From Bacilli bacterium (lineage in GTDB: Bacteria; Bacillota_I; Bacilli_A; ML615J-28; CAG-698), in assembly GCA_050953065.1 (NCBI GenBank), contig JBMNLZ010000001.1:279981-343980 (forward strand): DNA of 64,000 nt. Direction: 5' to 3'. Below, one piece after another: positions 32,401 to 41,200 of the stretch (the first letter of the stretch is position 1; the number at the start of each line of letters is the position of its first letter). A model generated the notes under the pieces. The model had not been told where the DNA came from and made no database searches. It saw only the letters and a list, made by a program, of their open reading frames with translations. The position numbers were made by a program, and so were the translations under genes.

Positions 32401-35053
32401 CATTATTCCAAGTATCAGGTTTGCTTGCTACTTCACAATAAATTGTTAGCCTATCACAATAAGCAAAGGCAGCAGCATTTATATTAGTAACACTTGCAGG
32501 AATAATTATCCTTTTTAAACTATCACATTGCCAAAAAGCCTGACTTCCTATACTTGTAAGAGTTGAAGGAAGTGTTATGCTTTCTAAGCTACGGCACCAT
32601 GTAAAAGTAGAACTTTCAATTCTTTCTATTCCTTCTGGAATTACAATACTTTTTAAGTAACAACTCATAAATGCAGCACTACCTATACTTGTTAATCCTT
32701 CTGGAAGTGTTATATTTGATAAAAGAGTACAATCTCCAAAAGCATAGTCTCCTATACTTGTAACTGTATCTGGAATATTAATACTCCTTAATTTGTCGCA
32801 TCCATAAAAAGCAAATTTACCAATACTAGTAATTCCTTCTGGAAGTGTTACATTTGTTAGGCTAGAACGCCCATTAAACGCAGATGAAGCTAAAATTTTA
32901 ACTGGGTAGCCTTCAATTTTACTTGGTATCACCAGTTCAGCTTCTGTTCCTTGATAACCAGTTATTACCACGCTATATGTAGAATCTATTAGAGAAAGAG
33001 CGTACTCTATTCCATTAGGAGTTACATCATTACTAACATATCCAAAAACAACTGGACTACAATTTACCCCCCATTGCTTATATATATCCCATCCATCAGC
33101 CCAATCAGCAGGTTTACTTTCAGCCTTAGCATAAATTTTTAAACTTGTATAATTCTTAAAAGCTCCAACTCCAATATTTACAACTGTTTCTGGAATTATA
33201 ATGCTTTTTAAATTAGTGCATCCCACAAAAGTCTCAGCACCAATACTAGTAACATTTGCTGGTATTGTTATATTTGTTAGAGTTGTACAATCTTTAAAAG
33301 CTGAACTACCTAAATTTGTAACAGGATAATCTTCAATTGTTTCTGGAATAACTACTTCGCTTAAATCACCAGTATACCCTGTTATTACTACACTGTATTT
33401 AGAATCTATTAAAGAAACCGCATATTCTATTCCATCAAGAGTTACACTATGACTTACATATCCCATAACAACTGGTATACTATCAAGAATTGTTGCACTA
33501 CGCCATGATTCAGGTTTTTCTTCTGCTTCAGCATAAATTACAGCATTTGTACATCCATGAAAAGCTCCATAATACAATCTTGGAGTTCCTAAAATAAAAA
33601 TACTTTTTAAATTGCTACAACCAGTAAAAACATTCATACTAATGCTTGTTACACTCTTAGGAAATGTTAAACTTGTTAAACCTATACAGCCTTTAAAAGC
33701 ATCTGATCCTATAGTTGTAAGACTTTCTGGAAACGTAATATTTGTTAATTGGCTACAACTTTCAAAAACCCAGCCACCTATAGTAACAAGATTTGGAGAA
33801 AATGTTATAGATGTTAAGTTTTCACAATTCTTAAAAGCACCATTACCTATACCTATAATACTAGATGAAAGTGTGATACTAGTTAAGATACTACAATTTT
33901 GAAAAGCCGTTATGCCAATACTTCTTATTGGTTTTCCTTCATGTTTTCTACCAATATAAACATCATTTAATGTTCCTTCATAACCAATAACTTCATATGT
34001 ATCATCTTCTTTTAAAGCAAATATTAGTCCTTCTGTTGAAGGTTTAGTCCACTGTGCATATAAAGTGTAGCTTCCTTCTGTTCCCATAGTATAGTTTGCT
34101 TCATCTAAGTATTCATCAATACCTTCAGCACTTGTACTCCAACAATCAAACGTGAACCCTTCTTTTGTAAAAGTATTGGCTGGAAGAGTTATAGTTTCAT
34201 CAGTTTTCACTAAAATACTATACGCATCACCTAATCCACCATTTGGATCAAAAAATAATGTATTTTCATTTGCTTGCCAGATTGCTTTAATAACTATATT
34301 ACCTCTAACATCAATAGGGAAAACAATTTCTACACCTCTAGAATCTTTCCACCCTTTAAACTCATATCCTTCTTTAATTGGTTCTTCTGCTGGAAGATTA
34401 AATTGTTCTCCTTCTTCTACATATTGAGATTCCATTACCTCTCCACCATCTGTATCAAAAGAAATCTCATACATTGCTAATCTTGTAATCAAAACCCAAT
34501 ACCTTCGACTTTGATCATCCTTTGAAACTTCAATATGGAATTGATTCATTCCAACTGCAAGATCAACTGTTTTTGAAGCAATCGCTTCATTTCCAAAATC
34601 AGAATACAAAGCCCAAGTTATAGAAGGCTTAACAGTAATCTTATCAACTAATGAAAATGTTTCAGTTGAATTTGGAACTGTAATAGACAAATCCATCTCA
34701 TTGATTTCAAATCCTGCAGCACTTACAATTTTTAAATCTTCATAAGTTACATTTGATTTCCATTTTGCATAAACCGTAATATCACTATTAATAGGTTCTC
34801 CTAAAAGTGAATTTTCACTAAAACTTTTACGGAAAGTATTGTTATCTTTATACCACCCATCAAACTGATATCCTTCTTTTTCTGGATCATCAGGCAAATT
34901 AATACTTTCATTTCCATTTGTTTTTATAGATGAAACCTCACTTCCACCATTACTATCAAAATGAATTGTATACTTTGCATCTTGACCACATGCTACTAAT
35001 AAAAAACTTATTAGTATAAATAATACAAACAAAATTCTTTTAATTTTAATCAT
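29420..35053 (-). CDS. Large lipoprotein with InlB B-repeats, cadherin-like domains and 7 BspA LRR modules
   Basis: Lipobox LVAC; FDSNGG..P.KEGY.F.GWY..YAKW repeats; LRR_5 arrays; start ATG 35053 after GAGGG. Confidence 0.92.
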   Translation of the reverse strand: MIKIKRILFVLFILISFLLVACGQDAKYTIHFDSNGGSEVSSIKTNGNESINLPDDPEKEGYQFDGWYKDNNTFRKSFSENSLLGEPINSDITVYAKWKSNVTYEDLKIVSAAGFEINEMDLSITVPNSTETFSLVDKITVKPSITWALYSDFGNEAIASKTVDLAVGMNQFHIEVSKDDQSRRYWVLITRLAMYEISFDTDGGEVMESQYVEEGEQFNLPAEEPIKEGYEFKGWKDSRGVEIVFPIDVRGNIVIKAIWQANENTLFFDPNGGLGDAYSILVKTDETITLPANTFTKEGFTFDCWSTSAEGIDEYLDEANYTMGTEGSYTLYAQWTKPSTEGLIFALKEDDTYEVIGYEGTLNDVYIGRKHEGKPIRSIGITAFQNCSILTSITLSSSIIGIGNGAFKNCENLTSITFSPNLVTIGGWVFESCSQLTNITFPESLTTIGSDAFKGCIGLTSLTFPKSVTSISMNVFTGCSNLKSIFILGTPRLYYGAFHGCTNAVIYAEAEEKPESWRSATILDSIPVVMGYVSHSVTLDGIEYAVSLIDSKYSVVITGYTGDLSEVVIPETIEDYPVTNLGSSAFKDCTTLTNITIPANVTSIGAETFVGCTNLKSIIIPETVVNIGVGAFKNYTSLKIYAKAESKPADWADGWDIYKQWGVNCSPVVFGYVSNDVTPNGIEYALSLIDSTYSVVITGYQGTEAELVIPSKIEGYPVKILASSAFNGRSSLTNVTLPEGITSIGKFAFYGCDKLRSINIPDTVTSIGDYAFGDCTLLSNITLPEGLTSIGSAAFMSCYLKSIVIPEGIERIESSTFTWCRSLESITLPSTLTSIGSQAFWQCDSLKRIIIPASVTNINAAAFAYCDRLTIYCEVASKPDTWNNDWNSSTRPVIWDYILFAKEFEIDGTNLSFEVSHFTTTFSFINYIIVHPLATWELYSDIEATNKIVSKSIELAVGDNTAYIKVTKGSESAIYKAVISRRQGYVISFDSNGGTGEMGGITIDVKQTIKLPKNTFTKAGYTFIGWATTETGNVEYLDEANYTISVLDNYTLFAKWEAKQNTLSFNANTGTGEMNSVQIKTDNYIYLPKNTFTKAGYTFIGWATTENGNVEYLDEAKYTMGVLENYTLFAKWEANQNTLSFNANSGLGQMSNVLVKTDDSIYLPENTFVKPGYSFIGWSTTQGGSVEYLDEASYTMGVLASYTLFAKWEENASTEGLAFTLKEDDTYEVTGYAGESLDVYIAEKYLGKAITSIAASAFEDCDTLTSITIPSSVVTIGANAFKGCSSLTIFARSNAKTLGWHINWNVDNRPVVFGYVASGVTNNGLKYGIILINSNYSVAIYGYVGGATTVLIPETIAGFNVKSITNSAFRNCNITGVTIPDTVTSIGSYAFYNCCSLTGVTIPTGVTSIEDYTFFNCGLTSITMPSITSIGRRAFAGCSGLTSMPLPEGLLSIGETAFESCYFITTVTIPNTVTTIDYGAFKGCTRLERVIIPNSVTHMDHSVFWDCPGMPIYVVAEEKPTNWHESWDSGHNAVVWGYISHGVTAGGLEYGISKVNSTYSVIITTYEGVSTEVEIPSIIENYSVKTIGNWAFANCTNLISITIPSSITSIGRSAFESCSSLSSVIMTEGLLSIGFDCFRFCNSLTSVIIPSTVTTINSSSFSECANLTSITIPTSVTSIGQHVFYNCSKLASITIPTSVTSIGYRAFYGCSSLTIYAKAESKPAGWESLWNVDNRPIVWGYVSNDVTASGIEYGVSLIDSTYSVVITGYTGVSGAVTIPSTIETYPVTTIASSAFANCTILTSITISTNITTIGDYAFSGCTGLASIIIPANVTNMFSGVFAGCTNLTIYAEATDRPTTWNANWNPDNRPVVWGYTG

Positions 35054-35113
35054 ATTTATCCCTCTCAATCTATATTATTATTATACAACAAAAATAGTTA
35101 ATACACAACAAGA

Positions 35114-35143
35114 AAAAGGAAGTAGATTGTCTAACTTCCTTTA
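35114..35143 (-). terminator. Intrinsic terminator
   Basis: aaaaggaagtaga-ttg-tctaacttccttt. Confidence 0.7.
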
Positions 35144-35202
35144 ACCTTTTTTTCTAAAAAATACTATTTTATTGTGTTAATATTTTTAGTAAATATATTA
35201 TA

Positions 35203-38200
35203 TTATCCTGTATAACCCCAAACAACTGGTCTGTTATCTGGATTCCAACCATCAACCCAACCTTCTGGTTTGCTTTCTGCTATAGCATTAATTGTTAGGC
35301 TACTACAACCTTTAAATGCATAATAGCCAATATTTGTAACGCTTGAAGGAATTGTGATACTTGTTAAAGCAGAACAGTTTCTAAAAGCATATGCAGCTAT
35401 AGTTGTAACTGTATAGCCCCCAATTGTTCCAGGGATTTCTACATCCGTTAAGCTTCCTTCAAACCCTATTATTATTACACTATAGTTAGAATCTATACAA
35501 GTAGTTACATATTTAATTCCATCAGGAGTAACACCATTATTTACACATCCCCAAACAACTGGTCTAGAGCTTGGATTCCAACCATCAGCCCAACCTGCTG
35601 GTTTACTTTCAGCCTCAGCATAAATTGTTAGACTATTACATTTATAAAAAGCACGATTATTTATACTTGAAACACTTGATGGAATATAGATGTTTGTTAG
35701 GCTTGTACATCCTGAAAAGGCTTCATAACCTATATATGTAATATTTGTTGGAATTATGACATTTCCTAAATTAGTACAGTTAAGAAACATAAATTCATTT
35801 AAATCTGTAATACCTGTTGGAAGTATGATACTTTCTAAACTAGAACAATTAGCAAAAGCAAATGATCCAATACTTGTAATTCCTGTTGAAAGTGTAATGC
35901 TTGTTAAATCATAACAATGAGTAAAAGCATTTACGCCAACACTAGTAACACTATTTGGAAGTGTGATACTTGTTAAACTTTGACAATGAGCAAAAGCACA
36001 TACACCAATACTTGTAATTCCCGTTGGAAGTGTGATACTTGTTAATTCCAAGCAGTTATAAAAAGCTCCATATTTTAACTCTGTTGTATTTGTTATTATT
36101 ACAGTTTTAAGTGATGTTGGAATATAATATGTACTAGATGAACTAGATGAATAATATTGTCTTGTACTACTTCCACCTGTGTATGAAGTAGTTCCAAAGA
36201 TATATCCAAATAAAGCATTGCCTTCTATTGCTTCTCTACTTGCTCCAACAAATGGTAATGAAATTGATGTTAAACTACTACAGCCAGAAAAAGCATGTGA
36301 TTCTATACTTGTAACACTATTTGGAACTGTGATACTTGTTAAAGCAGAACAGTTTCTAAAAGCATATGCAGCTATAGTTGTAACTGTATAACCCCCAATT
36401 GTTCCAGGGATTTCTACATCCGTTAAGCTTCCTTCAAACCCTATTATTATTACACTATAGTTAGAATCTATACAAGTAGTTACATATTTAATTCCATCAG
36501 GAGTAACACCATTATTTACACATCCCCAAACAACTGGTCTGTTATTTGGATTCCAATATTTTTCATATTCATCTTCAAACCATCCTTCAGGCTTGCTTTC
36601 AGCCTCAGCATATATTGTTAAAATACTACATCCCTGAAAAACATAAAAATATATACTTGTAACACTTGATGGAATATAGATGCTTGTTAGGTTTGTACAT
36701 CCTGAAAAAGCTTCATAACCTATATGTGTAATATTTGTTGGAATTATGACATTTCCTAAACTATGACAGCCAGCAAAAGTATAGTCATTTAAATTTGTAA
36801 TACCTGTTGGAAGTATGATACTTGTTAAACAATAACAATCATAAAAAGCACTTGCGCCAATACTTGTAATACCTGTTGGAAGTGTGATACTTGTTAAATT
36901 AGAACAATAAGCAAAAGCATTTGTACCAATACTTGTAACACTATTTGGAAGTGTGATACTTGTAAGTTGTGTACATCTTGAAAAAGCATCATTGCCTATA
37001 CTTGTAATACCTGTTTGAAGTGTGATGCTTGTTAAGCCACTACAGCAATGAAAAACATAATTGCCTATACTTGTAACGCTTGATGGAATTGAAATAGTGG
37101 AAATTTGTGTACATCCTGAAAAAGCATGATCACCTATAGATAAAAGACTTGTTGGAAGAGTAATACTTGTTAGTTGTGTTTTTCCTGAAAAGGCTGAAAA
37201 AGCTATAGTTGTAACAGGATGACCTTCAATTGTTTCTGGTATTACAACTTCATTTTCAATTCCTTGATAACCTGTTATTATCACACTATAATTAGAATCT
37301 ATTAACGTAATTGCATATTCTAATCCACTAGCAGTAACACTATTACTTACATAGCCCCAAACAACTGGTCTACTACTTGAGTTCCAATTATCATGCCAAC
37401 CTTCTGGTTTGCTTTCTGCTGCTGCATATATTGTTAAACTACTGCAACCTGAAAAAGCATGCTCACCTATATATGTAACGCCTATCGGAATTGAAATACT
37501 TGTTAAACTATTACAGTTAGAAAAAGTACATTCACCTATATTTGTCATACCTGATGGAAGTGTGATGCTTGTTAAATTCGTAAGGTCAGCAAAAACAGCA
37601 TAAGTAGTTGTTGTAACAGGATAACTTTCTATTGTTTCTGGTATTATTATTTCATTTGCAGTTCCTGTATACCTTGCAATTGTTATACCATAAGTAGAAC
37701 CTATCAGTGAAACTCCATATTCATAATCTCCAAAAACACCATGACTTACATGGCCCCAAACAACTGGTCTGTTATTTGGATTCCAATCACCATATACCCA
37801 GTCAATTGCCCAACCTTCTGGTTTACTTTCTGCTTCAGCATAAATTATTAAATTATTACAATTTTGAAAAACGCGATTTCCTATATTTGTAACACTTATT
37901 GGAATTACTATGCTTGGAAGTTGTGTACAACCAGTAAAAGAATATTTTTCTAAATGTGTAACAGTATTTGGAATTGTAACACTTGTTAAATTAGTACAAC
38001 CCATAAAAACATTTTGTCCTATGCTTGTAACACCCGATGGAATTGTAACACTTGTTAAAGTTGTGTTTTGACAAAAAGTATTCAATTCTATTTTTTTAAT
38101 AGGATATGTTTCTATTGTTTCTGGTATTATTACTTCGCTTGCAACTCCTTGATAGCCTGTTATTATTACACTGTAATTAGAAGCTATACAAGAAATCGCA

Positions 38201-41200
38201 TACTTTAATCCAGCTTCCGTAACACCACTACTTACATAACCCCAAACAATAGGTCTAGCACCACGATTCCACCAAAAAGCGTAACCACCTTGAGCGCTTT
38301 CAGCTTCAATAAATAGTACCAAATTATTACAATGATAGAAAGCTTCACTTCCTATATTTGTAACGATTATAGGAATTGTGATGCTTGTTAAATTATTACA
38401 TCTAAAGAAAGCGTAAGCAGGTATGCTTGTTGTATCTGTTAAAATTACACTTCTTAATGATGTTGGCACATAATATGTAATCTCTGGATAATAAACTGAA
38501 TAACATTGACTTGTTGGAGTTCCTCCTGTATATGGAGTAGTTCCAAATATATATCCAAATAAAGTATCTCCGTTTACTGCTGATTTACTTGCTCCAATAA
38601 ATGGAATTGTTATTTCTATCAAACCACTACATCCAGAAAAAGCATGTGATTCTATACTTGTAACACTATTTGGAACTGTGATACTTGTTAAAGATGTAGA
38701 ATTATAAAAGGCACCTGAAGCTATAGTTCTAACAGGATAGGTTTCTATTATTCCTGGGATTTCTAATTCATTTGCAACTCCCTGATAGCCTGTTATTACT
38801 ACACTATAACTAGATCCTATCAAAGAAACTCCATATTCTATTCCACCATCAGTTACACCATTACTTACATAGCCCCAAACAACTGGCCTATTACTTGGAT
38901 TCCAACCATCAACCCAACCTACTGGTTTATTTTCTACTTCTGCATAAATTGTTAAAATACTACATCCTTGAAAAGCAGCATTATTAATAGTTGTAACTTC
39001 TTCTAGAATTGTGATACTTGTTAAAGATGTAGAATTATAAAAGGCACCTGAAGCTATAGTTGTAACTGGATAGTTTTCTATTGTTTCTGGTATTACTACT
39101 TCATTTGCAACTCCCTGATAGCCTGTTATTACTACACTATAATTAGATCCTATCAAAGAAACCCCGTATTTTATTCCACCATCAGTTACACCATTACTTA
39201 CATAGCCCCAAACAACTGGCCTATTACTTGGATTCCAACCATCAACCCATCCTGCTGGTTTATTTTCTACTTCTGCATAAATTGTTAAAATACTACAGCC
39301 TTGAAAAGCAGCATTATTGATAGTTGTAACTTCTTCTAGAATTGTGATATATATTAAACCACTACAATTACGGAAAGCAGCCTCACCAATAGTTGTAAGA
39401 CTTTCTGGTATTATAATATTTGTTAGATTACTACAATTATAAAAAGCACCATAGCCCAATGTTGTTGCATTTGTTATAGTTACAGTCCTTAATAATGATG
39501 GAATATAATATTTAATAGATGAACTAGCTGCATAGTATTGCGTTGTACTAGTTCCACCCGCATATCCAAAAGTACCAAAAACATATCCAAATAAAGCATT
39601 AGCTCCTGTTGCAGATTTACTTGCTCCAGCAAATGGTAATGAAATTTCTGTTAAACCACTACAGCCAGAAAAAGCATGTGAACCAATATTTGTAACACTT
39701 GAAGGAACTGTTATGCTTGTTAGGCTACTACAATTTCTAAATGCTGAATCTCCAATAGTTATAGCACCTGTTGGTATTGTAAGATTTTCTAAAAGCACAC
39801 AACCTCCAAATGCACAATTACCTATACTTTCAAGATTTGTTGGAATTATAATACTTTCCAATTTAATACAACCAAAGAATGTATAACCTTTTATACTTGT
39901 AACACCATTTGGAAGAGTAATACTTGTTAAAGCTGAACATTCTCTAAATGCTCCTTCTCCAAGACTAGTAAGGTTTGAAGGAATCGTTATGCCTGTTAAG
40001 CTACTACAAAGATAGAAAGCAGATGCATCTATGCTTATCACACCCTCTGGAATTGTGATGTTTGTTAAATTAGTACAACCATAACAAACAAACGAACCTA
40101 TACTTGTAACAGTATTTGGAATTGTTATGCTTGTTAATCTTGCGCAACCCCTAAAAGTAGCATCGCTAAGCGCTGTAATAGAACCTGAAATTGTTATACT
40201 TGTTAAATTATTACAATTATAAAAAGCACCATATCTTAAATTTTCAACATTTGTTATTACAACAGTTTTTAACAATATCGGAATATAATAATTAGCATAT
40301 GAACTAGTTGTATAATATTGAGTTGTTTTAACTCCGCCAGTATATGAAGTAGATCCAAAGATATAACCAAATAAAGAACTTGATCCTGTTGCAGAACTAC
40401 TTTCTCCTACAAATGGTAATGAAATTTCTATCAAACCACTGCATCCAGAAAAAGCATGTGAACCTATATTTGTAACACTCGTTGGAACTGTTATACTTGT
40501 TAGGCTTGTACAACCCATAAAAGCAAAACTACTTATACTAGTGATATTTGTTGGAATTATTATACTTTCTAAACCTGTACAATTTTTAAAGACAGAATCG
40601 CCTAAATTCGTAATACCTGTTGGAAGAGTTATGCTTATTATACCTGTGCAACCCATAAATACAGAATTACCCATCTCTGTGATACTTGAAGGAATTATAA
40701 TACTTGTTAAATTACTACATCCATAAAAAGCACCATAAGAAACAGTTGTTATATCTGTTATCGTTACTGTTGTTAGTGAAGTTGGAATGTAATATACACT
40801 ATAAAAATCAGGTCCATAATATTGAGCTGTACTAGTTCCACCAGTATAAGGACTCGTTCCAAAAATATAACCAAATAAGCCAGCCTCTGCTACTCCACCT
40901 CTACATTGCCCTAAAAATGGTAATGAGATTGTTGTTAAATTACTACAACCTGAAAAAGCACCTTCTTCTATGATTGTAATACTTGAAGGAATTATGATAC
41001 TTGTTCCTTTATAATTATTGAAAGATAAAGCAGTTAAGGTTGTTAAATTACTTCCATCAGCAAAAACTATTTCAGCTGTTACATCAGCAAAAGCCTCTTC
41101 ACCAATGCTTGTAATACTTTTTGAAATGGAGATACTTGTTAGACTACTACAACCTGAAAAAGCAGAATCTCCAATACTTGTAATAGCTTTACCCCTATAT

